DNA from: Escherichia phage vB_Eco_F31
Direction: 5' to 3' (one strand)
Length of the DNA stretch: 64,000 nucleotides
Sequence record: OP870147.1
Shown here: in pieces, positions 45,536 through 56,550 of the stretch
Position numbering within the stretch: position 1 is the stretch's first letter
Layout of the letters: every line of letters starts with the position of its first letter
Notes under the pieces: generated by a model
Database searches by the model: none
What the model saw: the letters and a program-made list of their open reading frames with translations, nothing else
What the model was told of the DNA's origin: nothing
Position numbers and translations under genes: made by a program

Positions 45536-45539
45536 TTTA

Positions 45540-46274
45540 TTACCTTAAGATTGTTTCAATTTTAGAATAAAGCTCTTCTAAAGAGCCGTCGTTTGTAATA
45601 ACTAAATCGCCTTCTTCAATAGGCAACCCAGCTTCTGTAATATGTTTATCGGTGGATTCCGTACCAGAGCGAACCACATGAATAACTGTAGCACCCATCG
45701 CTCTAGCGGTTTCCATTTCATGGACTTGACGTGTATCGGTTACGACATAGTAATCGAAATCACTTCCAATATAATCCATATAGTTTAATGCAAAAAGCTT
45801 AACCCAATACATACGGTCAAATAAATTAACGACAACATCCGTACCGAGGGCTTGCATAAGACGGCGGATTGACCATGTGTCGTTGATATTATTTATAGCT
45901 TCACGCAGGGCTTCATATGGTTTAATATCTAGATACGAATATCCACCTTCTAACGATGATAATACTTTAACATTATTAATTGGTAAATATTGACTTTGCA
46001 AATAAATTAGCGCTTCTTCCAATAATTCAATAACATCCAACTTATTGAGATTTAATGGTGTTTCACGGTCATATCCAATGCCTTCAAAGTATTCGTATTT
46101 CAACTCTGTGAATACATCAGGATTTTCAGCACGCCTACGTCCCCAGGCTATTGCTAAAGCGTCTTTAATTGGATACGCTAATTGGTATTTTACGGATTTA
46201 AAGTTTGAATTGATGTAATCAGCAGTAGTGTCTTTACCGCTACGTTTGATGCCACTTAAAAAGATTAGCTCCAT
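45540..46274 (-). CDS. 1: deoxynucleoside monophosphate kinase gp1
   Basis: 244 aa; P-loop SGIKRSGKDT; MELIFLSGIKRSGKDTTADYI... as T4 gp1. Confidence 0.93.
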   Translation of the reverse strand: MELIFLSGIKRSGKDTTADYINSNFKSVKYQLAYPIKDALAIAWGRRRAENPDVFTELKYEYFEGIGYDRETPLNLNKLDVIELLEEALIYLQSQYLPINNVKVLSSLEGGYSYLDIKPYEALREAINNINDTWSIRRLMQALGTDVVVNLFDRMYWVKLFALNYMDYIGSDFDYYVVTDTRQVHEMETARAMGATVIHVVRSGTESTDKHITEAGLPIEEGDLVITNDGSLEELYSKIETILR

Positions 46275-46301
46275 AGGTTTTCCTCATATAATTTATGAGT
46301 G

Positions 46302-46330
46302 ATTATAACATACGGAGCTAGAAGCGATTA
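46302..46330 (-). promoter_or_regulatory. candidate promoter for gene 1 inside start-codon-sequestering repeat
   Basis: TATAAT at 46307..46302 preceded 12 nt upstream by CGCTTC; 7-bp repeat TAGCTCC (46266..46272) / GGAGCTA (46314..46320) pairs the first codons of gene 1. Confidence 0.4.
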
Positions 46331-46912
46331 ACGCAAGGAAGGGTGTCTAGAAATGGATTTAGATTCGGCGGCCTGACGTGGTTGTTGAGATACAATGACT
46401 TCGCCATCTTTTTCTATCGTCATATACGCATAGTGAATAGTTGCTACGCACGTAACGGCAGGGTCAGAGTCTTCAGTGTAACTAAATTCAATTTCACTCA
46501 AATCAGAAATCCATGGTTTATAGAAATTTGCCGTCAAAACTACTTCAGTCTTATTGTTGTTTAAAATGTGCAAAGTAACAAACTCAGGACCATCGGAGTG
46601 GGCCGTATTATGTCCGGTTATATAGTTATTAGTGCTGAGCATCCATTTATACATGTTCATCCAGGACGTCATGTCTTCATCAACTATAAATCGTACAATA
46701 AAAGGGTCATATTCAAATGTGGTGCCTGCACGCATTGCACGCCCTAGCCCCATTGTGCCTGTCACCGTTTCAACAACAGGAATTCTCACACCTGGCAGTG
46801 GAGCCGTTTGGGCGTTGAGCACAAAACCTGAAGTTCGTGTACTATCCGGGATATCCACAACAAAGTTTGTTATATTTGTTTGGTTAAAAATCTGTCTCGT
46901 TGGACGAGTCAT
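46328..46912 (-). CDS. 3: tail completion / sheath stabiliser gp3 (by synteny)
   Basis: Start placed at ATG 46912; position between gene 2 and gene 1. Confidence 0.7.
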   Translation of the reverse strand: MTRPTRQIFNQTNITNFVVDIPDSTRTSGFVLNAQTAPLPGVRIPVVETVTGTMGLGRAMRAGTTFEYDPFIVRFIVDEDMTSWMNMYKWMLSTNNYITGHNTAHSDGPEFVTLHILNNNKTEVVLTANFYKPWISDLSEIEFSYTEDSDPAVTCVATIHYAYMTIEKDGEVIVSQQPRQAAESKSISRHPSLR

Positions 46913-47014
46913 AAGCACCTCAAAAACGCTTTAATAAAAATGCAGTATAATGGTTTTAGGTCTCTTCCATTAATCCGGTTCAACAGAATATCAGAAGAAC
47001 GGAAGAGAATAGAA

Positions 47015-47836
47015 TTAAGATTTCCAAACAGTATTCGCAGAGAAACGTTTTCCTTTTGACATAAACTGCTGAGTAGGTAACATGATTATGTTAGCCCAGT
47101 CTTTAGGAGCTATTTCTGTTATTGTTCCTCTAATGTGGCCTGGCAGGTATGCTTTAATCATTTTGTCAGCACCTTGAAATCCTTTCACCTTGCTCCAGTC
47201 TATCTTCAACTTTGTGTTATTAGTAATAGTAGTTGTGCTAGCATATTGCTTCAGCAATTCTTCAAGAAACTGTTGACGTGCTTTAGGCGGGATATAGTGC
47301 AAGTTTAACCCATACATCAAATTATGTTTACCTAATCCTAAATAAATAATCAAAGGATATCTGTCCCAATACGGCAGAGTATCTTTATGTTTAGCATCAT
47401 ACACGTAAGTATAAATTTTGCCTGGCGTAGGCTTGACTACTTTATGGCCTTTTACACTTTTCTTAATTGTTTCAACAAACCACTTAGATGATTTGTTGTT
47501 TACTGCTGCGCCTTCATTTCTAATCTTTTCTCGTATTGAACTGCGAAACGAGTTTATCATCAGAAGTTGACGTTCTTGCTTATTGAGTTTATTTTTAGGT
47601 TTAGATTCAAGCGTTTCAATTTTCTGTGCAGTCTTAATAGATGATGCATATCTAGACATTGCCGATGTAAACGACGAGTATTTTATTCCTTTTGATTCTG
47701 CAAATGCTTTTGCAGTGATTCCTTTCTCTTTAGCTTTCTTGTATTCTAATCCTATCTCAATCCATTTTCTTTCATTCATAGACTGAGCAATCTTAGGGGC
47801 TTGTACGCCTTCAGATATAATTTGGAATATGCTCAT
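47015..47836 (-). CDS. 2: DNA end protector gp2 (by synteny and size)
   Basis: 273 aa basic protein between 4 and 3. Confidence 0.75.
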   Translation of the reverse strand: MSIFQIISEGVQAPKIAQSMNERKWIEIGLEYKKAKEKGITAKAFAESKGIKYSSFTSAMSRYASSIKTAQKIETLESKPKNKLNKQERQLLMINSFRSSIREKIRNEGAAVNNKSSKWFVETIKKSVKGHKVVKPTPGKIYTYVYDAKHKDTLPYWDRYPLIIYLGLGKHNLMYGLNLHYIPPKARQQFLEELLKQYASTTTITNNTKLKIDWSKVKGFQGADKMIKAYLPGHIRGTITEIAPKDWANIIMLPTQQFMSKGKRFSANTVWKS

Positions 47837-47838
47837 AA

Positions 47839-48288
47839 TTACCCCTTGTATCCGAGTTTTCTAAGACCATCTTCGGTTAGAACTCGAAATTTTATATTTC
47901 TCTTTTCAGCAACAGCTGAGGCAGCTTTCCATTTGTCACAGTTCACAGACCACGTGTAGATTTCATTCATATAACGTTTCTTAGCCGCAGTTGTAAGATT
48001 CACTGGTTTAATAGGTGGCTGAGTTTCTTTCTTTGGTTTTATTTCTACAAAAAACTCTTGGCCTGATGCATCTTTCATCCATATGTCCATATAGTATCGA
48101 CGTTTCTTACCTTCAGCATTACAAAAATATGGAATTACTGCTGTTTCACTACCCCATGCAATAATTTCTGGATTTTTATCCAACCATTCGAAAAAGAATT
48201 TTTCCCAGTTTGAACGATACGTTATTTTGGTATGGTCTCCACGGTATTTTTTTAAATTTTTTGGGACCCATTTACCAGAGTAGGCCAT
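47839..48288 (-). CDS. 4: head completion protein gp4
   Basis: 149 aa from ATG 48288 ([19 protein letters not shown]...); late promoter and SD AAGGAGGA upstream. Confidence 0.85.
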   Translation of the reverse strand: MAYSGKWVPKNLKKYRGDHTKITYRSNWEKFFFEWLDKNPEIIAWGSETAVIPYFCNAEGKKRRYYMDIWMKDASGQEFFVEIKPKKETQPPIKPVNLTTAAKKRYMNEIYTWSVNCDKWKAASAVAEKRNIKFRVLTEDGLRKLGYKG

Positions 48289-48299
48289 GTTGTCCTCCT

Positions 48300-48307
48300 T
48301 ATAAATA
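48300..48307 (+). promoter_or_regulatory. late promoter for gene 53
   Basis: Exact TATAAATA, 43 nt upstream of gene 53 start. Confidence 0.65.
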
Positions 48308-48314
48308 GTATTAT

Positions 48315-48322
48315 TATTTATA
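48315..48322 (-). promoter_or_regulatory. late promoter for gene 4 (divergent)
   Basis: Exact TATAAATA on minus strand, 27 nt upstream of ATG 48288. Confidence 0.65.
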
Positions 48323-48349
48323 CCAATTTCATATTGGAAGGAGACTATC

Positions 48350-48925
48350 TTGTTATTTACATTCTTCGACCCAATAGGATATAGTGCTAAAACAGTTAAT
48401 AAGAATGCACCTACTATTCCTATGACAGACATATTTCGTAACTATAAAGAGTACTTTAAGCGTGTGGCTGCCAATTATAGATTACGTTCTTATTATATTA
48501 AAGGCTCTCCACGTCCTGAAGAACTAGCTAATATCATTTATGGCAACCCGCAATTATACTGGGTTCTTTTGATGTGCAACGATAACTACGACCCGTATTA
48601 TGGTTGGATTACATCTCAGGAAGCAGCGTATCAAGCTTCTATTCAGAAATATGCTAATGCCGGTGGAGACCAAATTCTTTACCATATTAACGAGAACCGT
48701 GAGAAATTTTACAATTTAGTTTCATATCCAGACGAGCCTTTAGTGTGGTACGATAAAGGTGATGAAGCTCGTAAGTATCCGCAATATAAAGGACCTTTAG
48801 CTGCAGTAGATACTTATGAAGCGGCAGTATTAGATAATGAAAAACTTCGTAAAATAAAAATTGTTGCAAAAGAAGATATAAACTCGTTTATTACTGATTT
48901 GATTCGTGAGATGGAGATTGCATAA
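48350..48925 (+). CDS. 53: baseplate wedge protein gp53
   Basis: 191 aa, TTG start 8 nt after SD GGAAGGAG; late promoter upstream; first plus-strand gene. Confidence 0.8.
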   Translation: MLFTFFDPIGYSAKTVNKNAPTIPMTDIFRNYKEYFKRVAANYRLRSYYIKGSPRPEELANIIYGNPQLYWVLLMCNDNYDPYYGWITSQEAAYQASIQKYANAGGDQILYHINENREKFYNLVSYPDEPLVWYDKGDEARKYPQYKGPLAAVDTYEAAVLDNEKLRKIKIVAKEDINSFITDLIREMEIA

Positions 48926-50658
48926 TGGAAATGATTAGCAGTAGCCTTAATTGGTTCGTGGGTGTTGTCGAGGACAGAATGGACCCATTAAAACAAGGGC
49001 GAGTTCGAGTGCGAGTGGTTGGACTTCATCCCGCACAGAGAGTACAAGGCGATGTGCAGGGTATTCCTACAGAAAAACTTCCATGGATGACTGTTATTCA
49101 ACCTATTACGTCTGCATCAATGTCAGGTATTGGTGGTTCTGTTACAGGTCCTGTTGAAGGAACTCGAGTATATGGTCATTTCTTAGACAAATGGAAAACA
49201 AACGGGATTGTACTTGGTACATATGGTGGAATTGTACGTGAAAAGCCTAATAGACTTGAAGGTTTTTCAGACCCGACAGGTCAGTATCCGCGACGTTTAG
49301 GTAATGATACGAACGTATTAAACCAAGGTGGTGAAGCTGGTTATTATTCAAACTCTAACGTAATTCAAGATAACAACTTGGATTATGGTATAAACCCAGA
49401 CGATACAGATTTAGCAAATATTCCAGAAGATGATGACCCTAATTTTACAATAACAGAAATGTTACGTCGTGACGAAGGTCTTCGTGATAAAGTGTATTGG
49501 GACCATCTCGGATATCCTACCGTAGGTATTGGACACCTTATAGTAATGGAAAAAACCCGAGATATGTCTCGAATTAATAAATTGTTATCCGATCAAGTAG
49601 GGCGTGAAGTAACAGGAAATCCAGGGACTATTACATTAGAAGAAGCAACAGCGTTATTTGAGAAAGACCTTGCTAAGATGCAGAAAGACATTCGTTCTAA
49701 TTCTAAAGTAGGTCCTGTTTATGCTAAAATGAACAGGTCTCGTCAAATGGCATTAGAAAACATGTGCTTCCAAATGGGTGTTGGTGGTGTAGCAAAATTC
49801 AATACTATGCTTAAAGCAATGGCCACAGGTGATTGGAAAACTGCATACAAATCTGGACGCGATTCGTTATGGTTCCAACAGACTAAAGGACGCGCTTCAC
49901 GTGTAACAACAATTATTTTAACTGGTAACATGGAATCATATGGCGTTCCTGTTAAAACACCACCTTCACCAGGAGTTGGTGCCGATTTAGTTACTAGAAA
50001 TACCGATCCAGAAGACCCTGCTGGTCCTCCTGTTCCATTAGATTCACGTATCCTTTTTAAAGAACCGGAATCAAGTTATCGTGGTGAGTATCCATACGTT
50101 CATGCTATGGAAACAGAAAGTGGTCATATCCAAGAATTTGACGATACTCCAGGTAATGAACGTTATCGCTTAGTTCATCCAACAGGGTCATATGAGGAAG
50201 TTTCTCCATCCGGGCGTCGTACTCGTAAAACTGTAGAAGACCTTTTTGACATCACTAATGGTGATGGGAACTTCTTGATTTCTGGCGATAAGCTTGTTAA
50301 CGTTGGTGCTAATGAAATATATTATAACATGGCAGACCGCCTCCATCAAATAGACGGCAATGACACAATCTTTATTCGTGGTAACCAATCTAAAACTGTT
50401 GAAGGCGATGGAACTCTTTACGTTAAGGGTAATATCAAAATAGTTGTTGACGGAAATGCAGATATTCTTGTTAAAGGCGATGCTAAAACTCAGGTCGAAG
50501 GGAATCATGATTACACCGTCAACGGAAACGTTAAATGGACTGTTAATGGTAATGTTGATATGACTGTTGCCGGGGATTGGGCAGAAACAATGTCTACAAT
50601 GAGCTCAGTAGCTTCAGGACAATACACTGTTGACGGATCTCGTATTGATATTGGGTAA
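48925..50658 (+). CDS. 5: baseplate hub and tail lysozyme gp5
   Basis: 577 aa; internal lysozyme domain (DEGLRDKVYWDHLGYPTVGIGHL) and C-terminal VxGxxxxxVxG beta-helix repeats. Confidence 0.93.
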   Translation: MEMISSSLNWFVGVVEDRMDPLKQGRVRVRVVGLHPAQRVQGDVQGIPTEKLPWMTVIQPITSASMSGIGGSVTGPVEGTRVYGHFLDKWKTNGIVLGTYGGIVREKPNRLEGFSDPTGQYPRRLGNDTNVLNQGGEAGYYSNSNVIQDNNLDYGINPDDTDLANIPEDDDPNFTITEMLRRDEGLRDKVYWDHLGYPTVGIGHLIVMEKTRDMSRINKLLSDQVGREVTGNPGTITLEEATALFEKDLAKMQKDIRSNSKVGPVYAKMNRSRQMALENMCFQMGVGGVAKFNTMLKAMATGDWKTAYKSGRDSLWFQQTKGRASRVTTIILTGNMESYGVPVKTPPSPGVGADLVTRNTDPEDPAGPPVPLDSRILFKEPESSYRGEYPYVHAMETESGHIQEFDDTPGNERYRLVHPTGSYEEVSPSGRRTRKTVEDLFDITNGDGNFLISGDKLVNVGANEIYYNMADRLHQIDGNDTIFIRGNQSKTVEGDGTLYVKGNIKIVVDGNADILVKGDAKTQVEGNHDYTVNGNVKWTVNGNVDMTVAGDWAETMSTMSSVASGQYTVDGSRIDIG

Positions 50659-50661
50659 TAT

Positions 50662-51177
50662 ATGGCACAAATACTTCCTTTAAATACCGACTTAGGAGAA
50701 GACATGGAAGGGGCGTCAATAGACGCCCTTTTTACTCCACAGTTAGAAACAACCGAAACTTTAGTGTCAATAAATATAACAGATTATGAACCGACACAAG
50801 GCATTACGGTAGATGGTAATCGTTTATATGGAACATATGAAAGTGTGTTTAGCTTTTCTTCGGACGCATTGAAATACCGATTAAATGATGATTTTGAAAC
50901 CGCATCTTCATGGGATGATTTACCAAAAGATGAGTCTACACAGTTATATTTGTGGAGAGCTCCTCAGAATCTTCGTAAAGTGTTTAGTTATACGGTTGAA
51001 ATGATTTATAACTACCAAGAAGAAAGTTCATCAGGCGGTTCTAGAAGTGACTCTGGTACAGAACCTCCACCGGCTCCAGTACAAAAAACTCTTACTAAGG
51101 TTTATACAAAAACTATAGTAGGAAATTGGAGCAAATGGGCTCATCAATTACGAAACTATGTTTATATGAGGCCGTGA
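50662..51177 (+). CDS. hypothetical protein (5.1 position)
   Basis: 171-aa ORF between 5 and 5.4. Confidence 0.6.
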   Translation: MAQILPLNTDLGEDMEGASIDALFTPQLETTETLVSINITDYEPTQGITVDGNRLYGTYESVFSFSSDALKYRLNDDFETASSWDDLPKDESTQLYLWRAPQNLRKVFSYTVEMIYNYQEESSSGGSRSDSGTEPPPAPVQKTLTKVYTKTIVGNWSKWAHQLRNYVYMRP

Positions 51178-51179
51178 AA

Positions 51180-51473
51180 ATGTCTGGCTTAAGTTACGAC
51201 AAGTGCGTTACAACAGGTCATGAAGCATGGCCTCCTACTGTAATAAATGCTTCCCAATCTAAAGTGTTCACCGGCGGTATTCCTGTTCTTGTGGCAGGAG
51301 ACCAAATAACACCTCATACAGAAATTAAAAAACCATACGAGACTCATGGAGGTGTTACTGAACCTCGTACATCTAAAGTATACGTCACCGGTAAAAAGGC
51401 CGTTCAAATGGCTGACCCAATTTCATGCGGGGATACTGTTTCTCAGGCCTCGTCAAAAGTCTTTATCAAATAG
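51180..51473 (+). CDS. 5.4: PAAR-like baseplate spike tip protein gp5.4
   Basis: 97 aa from ATG 51180; small Gly/Val-rich protein at T4 5.4 position. Confidence 0.7.
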   Translation: MSGLSYDKCVTTGHEAWPPTVINASQSKVFTGGIPVLVAGDQITPHTEIKKPYETHGGVTEPRTSKVYVTGKKAVQMADPISCGDTVSQASSKVFIK

Positions 51474-51481
51474 GAATTAAA

Positions 51482-53455
51482 ATGGCAAACACTCCTGTAA
51501 ATTATCAGTTAGTCAGAACAGCGAATGCTATTCCCGAGATTTTTATCGGGGGCACATTTGCCGAAATAAAACAAAACATTATCGAATGGCTCAATGGACA
51601 GAATGAATTTCTTGATTATGATTTTGAAGGTTCACGCTTAAACGTATTGTGTGACCTTTTAGCATATAACACTCTTTACATCCAACAGTTCAGTAATAGT
51701 GCAGTGTATGAAAGTTTTATGCGTACTGCAAACTTGCGTAGTTCTGTTGTACAAGCGGCTCAAGATAACGGATATCTGCCTTCATCTAAATCAGCAGCAC
51801 AAACAGAAATTATGCTCACATGTACGGATGCATTAAATAGAAACTATATCACCATTCCACGTGGCACTCGTTTCTTAGCATACGCTAAAGATACTTCTGT
51901 TAACCCGTATAACTTTGTTTCTACTGAAGATGTCATTGTAGTTAAAGACAAAAATAACCAATATTTTCCACGTCTTCGATTAGCTCAAGGACGTATTGTT
52001 CGCACTGAATTAACATTTGATAGATTAAAACCTATCATTATTCGTGATAAGAATATTGACCGTAATTTGGTTAAGTTGTATGTTGACGGAGCAGAATGGA
52101 TTAACTGGACCCGTAAGTCGATGGTTCACGCTGGTTCTACGTCAACAATCTATTATATGCGTGAAACAGTTGATGGGAACACAGAATTTTATTTTGGTGA
52201 AGGCGAAATCTCTATTAACACATCAGAAGGTGCGTTAACATCTAACTATATTGGTGGCCTTAAACCTGTTCAGGGTTCTAAAATCGTAATTGAGTATATT
52301 TCTACTAATGGTGCAGATGCTAACGGTGCTGTAGGATTTTCTTATGCTGATACATTAGCTAATATCACGGTAATCGATATTAATGAGAACCCTAGCAATA
52401 ACCCAGACTTTGTCGGGGCCGATGGTGGCGGTGACCCTGAAGATATTGAACGTATTCGAGAATTAGGCACAATTAAACGCGAAACTCAACAACGTTGTGT
52501 AACCGCTTCCGACTATGACACATTCGTCTCTGAGCGGTTTGGTTCTATTATTCAAGCGGTTCAAACATTCACAGATTCATCTAAACCAGGGTACGCATAT
52601 ATTGCTGCTAAGCCTAAATCTGGATTGTATTTGACTTCTGTTCAACGCGACGACATCAAAAACTATTTAAATGATTATAACTTAGGGACTATTACACCTG
52701 TTGTTATTTCGCCCGACTATTTGTTTATCAAAATGAATATCAAAGTTACATACGCGTTGAATAAACTTCAAGAATCAGAGCAATACCTTGAAGGACAGAT
52801 TATTAATAAGATAGACCGTTATTATATTGAAGATGTAGAAATTTTTAACTCATCGTTTGCAAAATCTAAAATGCTAACTTATGTCGATGATGCAGATATT
52901 TCTATTATTGGTTCTTCAGCTACTATTCAAATGGTTCGCGAAGTACAAAACTTCTATAAAACGCCTGAGGCCGGTATTAAATACAATAATCAGATTAAAG
53001 ATAGATCGATGGAATCTAATATATTCTCGTTTGATTCGCACAGACCTAATCCAGAAAATGCAAACGAAACTATTAAATACGGTGTTCGCATAGTATCTTC
53101 TGACCGTAATGACCGTGGCATAGGTCAAGTTATTATTGGTCCATTTGCAGACGGTGATGTTGTTGAAAACGAAAATATACAACCTTATACAGGTAATGAT
53201 TTTAATAAACTTACTGTTACTGACGGACGAAACAAATACTATTCAATTGGTGAAGTGAATTATCCTGCCGATTCGATTTATTGGAACATTGCTAAAATTG
53301 ACCTCACTTCAGACCGTTTTGAAGTTCAAACAATTGAACTTTATTCCGACCCTGCAGATGATATTATTTTTACAAAGGATGGTTCTTTAATCGTATTCGA
53401 AAATGACTTACGTCCTCAGTACTTAACTATAGATTTGGAGCCTATTTCACAATGA
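51482..53455 (+). CDS. 6: baseplate wedge protein gp6
   Basis: 657 aa from ATG 51482 (MANTPVNYQL...); T4 order and size. Confidence 0.85.
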   Translation: MANTPVNYQLVRTANAIPEIFIGGTFAEIKQNIIEWLNGQNEFLDYDFEGSRLNVLCDLLAYNTLYIQQFSNSAVYESFMRTANLRSSVVQAAQDNGYLPSSKSAAQTEIMLTCTDALNRNYITIPRGTRFLAYAKDTSVNPYNFVSTEDVIVVKDKNNQYFPRLRLAQGRIVRTELTFDRLKPIIIRDKNIDRNLVKLYVDGAEWINWTRKSMVHAGSTSTIYYMRETVDGNTEFYFGEGEISINTSEGALTSNYIGGLKPVQGSKIVIEYISTNGADANGAVGFSYADTLANITVIDINENPSNNPDFVGADGGGDPEDIERIRELGTIKRETQQRCVTASDYDTFVSERFGSIIQAVQTFTDSSKPGYAYIAAKPKSGLYLTSVQRDDIKNYLNDYNLGTITPVVISPDYLFIKMNIKVTYALNKLQESEQYLEGQIINKIDRYYIEDVEIFNSSFAKSKMLTYVDDADISIIGSSATIQMVREVQNFYKTPEAGIKYNNQIKDRSMESNIFSFDSHRPNPENANETIKYGVRIVSSDRNDRGIGQVIIGPFADGDVVENENIQPYTGNDFNKLTVTDGRNKYYSIGEVNYPADSIYWNIAKIDLTSDRFEVQTIELYSDPADDIIFTKDGSLIVFENDLRPQYLTIDLEPISQ

Positions 53456-56400
53456 CAGTAAAAGCGCCAGCAGTCACAAGTCTCAGAATATCCAAGTTGT
53501 CCGCTAACCAAGTTCAAATACGCTGGGATGACGTTGGTGCTAATTTCTACTATTTCGTAGAAATCGCTGAGACTAAAACGGCAGACGGGGAAATTATTCC
53601 CCCTGCCAGCTACAGATGGATAAATTTAGGATATACTCCTAATAGCAACTGGTTCGAAAATAGTTTAGACCCATTAACTTCTTATATTATTCGTGTATCA
53701 ACTGCAGCCGAAGGCTTCGAGAGATCTGATTGGGTATATACCGAAATATTTGAATCATTTCAGACTAACGCGTATACATTTCAACATATGATTGAAATGC
53801 AATTGGCTAACACTTTTATTAGAGAAAAATTTACAAATAACAACATGGCTTATGTTGATTTTAATAACGACACTATAATGGCAGCTCTAATGAATGAATC
53901 GTTCCAATTTAGCCCTGCTTATGCGGATATTTCATCTATTAAAAATTTCATTATTGGCGAAAATGAGTATCATGAAATTCAAGGTTCGATTCAACAGGTG
54001 TGTCATGATATAAACCGTGTTTATTTGATGGAATCCGAAGGAATTCTTTATTTGTTTGAACGGTATCAGCCTGTGGTTAAAGTCTCTAATGATAAGGGAC
54101 AAACCTGGAAATCGGTTAAATTGTTTAATGACCGTGTAGGGTATCCTGTATCAAGAACAGTGTATTACCAGACAGATTACACCACGTATGTTCTTGGGTA
54201 TGATAAATTATTTTACGGCCGTAAATCAACTGACGTTCGTTGGTCTGCTGATGATGTGAGATTTAGTTCTCAAGATATAACATTTGCTAAAATTGGTGAC
54301 CAGTTAAATTTAGGATACGATGTAGAAATATTTGGTAACTACGCATCATTACCTGCTAACGTATCACGTATTGCAGAAGCTATCGTTTGCAATGACGATT
54401 ATGTATACGTTGCTGCTCGAGATAAAGTTCGTTTTATTAAAACTAGTAATGCCCCTATTGATTCAGACCCGTTATCTCCGACATATTCCGAACGTTTGTT
54501 TGAACAAGAAACATTTAACATCACAGGTAACCCTAAGGCAGTTTGCTATAAAATGGATTCTGTCGGTGGTAAAATATTTGCACTGATTATCGGTGAAGTT
54601 GTTAATCTTAATGATGACCCGAGGACCACTCCTATTGTTGATTCTGCTGATAAGGGTGTTTACGTTCTAGACCATGATGCTGGCACATTTAAACGTGTGT
54701 TTGGTAATACTGAAGAAGAACGTCGTCGTATTGAACCTGGGTACACCAGTATGTCTACTGATGGTGTTGAGTTATCTATATCATCTAGTAATTTTAAATT
54801 TTTAGAATCTGATATTGTTGATGACCCAAAAACACAAATCAAGTACGGTTTAATCGGTGCTGTTAAATATGAGTATCCTCGCGAATGGTTGGCTGATAAA
54901 CATTATCATATGATGGCATTTATTTCAACTGAAGACTCTCAATGGGAATCGTTCACTCCCCAACCAATGGAATACTATGCTGAGCCATTCTTTAGTTATT
55001 CTAGAAAGTCTGGTACTCGTTGTTGGATTAATAACTCAGACAAAGCCGTTGTAATTTATTCTGATTTACTTTACACTAAGGTTATTGAGAATCATCCACT
55101 TAGTTCTTCAGACCGTGAAGTTCATGAATATTGGAAGGACGGTGACTGTACAATAGTGATGCCTAACGTAGATTTCACCGGATTTAAAAAATATGCATCC
55201 GGCATGATTTTCTATAAATCATCAGGTGAGATTATTTCTTATTATGATTTTAGTTATCGTGTTAGAGATAATGTTTCTATAATTTGGAAGCCTACTAATA
55301 TATTCTTAACAGCATCGTTACAAAACCAAGAAAAAGATACCACATGGACTCCTGTAGAAGAGAACGGCATTACGGACCCAGATTTACGACCATTGCTCAC
55401 TACAATGATGCCGGAGTCTTATCTTTTAGATAATACAAACTTCGAAGCATTCTGCGAGGCTTATATTCAGTATCTTTCTGACGGTTATGGGACTCATTAT
55501 AACAACCTTTTAAATCTTATTAAAAATCAATATCCGCGCGAAGAACATGCGTGGGAATACTTATGGTCTGAGATTTATAAACGAAACATTTACTTAAACG
55601 CCGAAAAACGCGATTTAGTGTCTCGTTTCTTTGAATCAAGAAGTTATGACTTCTATTCAACTAAAGGAACTGAAGCATCATATAAATTCTTGTTTAAAGT
55701 GCTTTATAACGAAGATGTTGAAATTGAAATTGAATCTAGTTCCGGGACCGAATATGATATCATCATTGAATCTGATTCGTTGACAGAAGATTTGGTCGGA
55801 CAAACCATATACACCGCGACAGGACGTTGTAATGTGACGTATATCGAGAGAAGTTACTCTAAAGGTAAATTACAATGGACTGTAACAATTCACAACCTCT
55901 TAGGACGTTTAATCCAAGGTCAAGAAGTTAAAGCTGAAAGACTCCCGGGTTTTGAAGGTGAAATTGTTCGTGGTATTAAAGGTAAAGAGCTTTCTCAGAA
56001 CAACATCGATTACATAAATCGTGGTAGAGCATACTATGTAATGAAGATTAAATCTAAACTTCCATCATCTCGTTGGAAATCAGACGTATTACGTTTTGTT
56101 CATCCGGTTGGATTTGGATTTATCGCAATTACCCTTCTCACAATGTTTATTAACACCGGATTAACACTTAAACATGTTGAAACCATTATTAATAAATACA
56201 AAAACTATAAGTGGGATTCTGGATTACCGACTAAATATGCAGACCGAGTGGCTAAATTAGACCCACAAGGAAATGTTGAGTTTGACCCTATTACAGGTAA
56301 AGCGATATATGAAATAGGCCCTATGGCTGGTCAAGATTATCCATTGCCTGAAGATTATAACGCTGAAAACAATAACTCCATATTTCAAGGTCAACTTCCA

Positions 56401-56550
56401 TCGGAACGACGTAAACTGATGAGCCCATTATTTGATGCGTCCGGAACAACATTCTCTAGATTTAGAGATTTGGTTGAACAACGGTTAATCGATAATGTAG
56501 GAAATCCAAGAGACCCCGTGAATCCACCGCAGGTTAAATTAGATGAATGA
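53452..56550 (+). CDS. 7: baseplate wedge initiator gp7
   Basis: 1032 aa, same length as T4 gp7. Confidence 0.85.
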   Translation: MTVKAPAVTSLRISKLSANQVQIRWDDVGANFYYFVEIAETKTADGEIIPPASYRWINLGYTPNSNWFENSLDPLTSYIIRVSTAAEGFERSDWVYTEIFESFQTNAYTFQHMIEMQLANTFIREKFTNNNMAYVDFNNDTIMAALMNESFQFSPAYADISSIKNFIIGENEYHEIQGSIQQVCHDINRVYLMESEGILYLFERYQPVVKVSNDKGQTWKSVKLFNDRVGYPVSRTVYYQTDYTTYVLGYDKLFYGRKSTDVRWSADDVRFSSQDITFAKIGDQLNLGYDVEIFGNYASLPANVSRIAEAIVCNDDYVYVAARDKVRFIKTSNAPIDSDPLSPTYSERLFEQETFNITGNPKAVCYKMDSVGGKIFALIIGEVVNLNDDPRTTPIVDSADKGVYVLDHDAGTFKRVFGNTEEERRRIEPGYTSMSTDGVELSISSSNFKFLESDIVDDPKTQIKYGLIGAVKYEYPREWLADKHYHMMAFISTEDSQWESFTPQPMEYYAEPFFSYSRKSGTRCWINNSDKAVVIYSDLLYTKVIENHPLSSSDREVHEYWKDGDCTIVMPNVDFTGFKKYASGMIFYKSSGEIISYYDFSYRVRDNVSIIWKPTNIFLTASLQNQEKDTTWTPVEENGITDPDLRPLLTTMMPESYLLDNTNFEAFCEAYIQYLSDGYGTHYNNLLNLIKNQYPREEHAWEYLWSEIYKRNIYLNAEKRDLVSRFFESRSYDFYSTKGTEASYKFLFKVLYNEDVEIEIESSSGTEYDIIIESDSLTEDLVGQTIYTATGRCNVTYIERSYSKGKLQWTVTIHNLLGRLIQGQEVKAERLPGFEGEIVRGIKGKELSQNNIDYINRGRAYYVMKIKSKLPSSRWKSDVLRFVHPVGFGFIAITLLTMFINTGLTLKHVETIINKYKNYKWDSGLPTKYADRVAKLDPQGNVEFDPITGKAIYEIGPMAGQDYPLPEDYNAENNNSIFQGQLPSERRKLMSPLFDASGTTFSRFRDLVEQRLIDNVGNPRDPVNPPQVKLDE

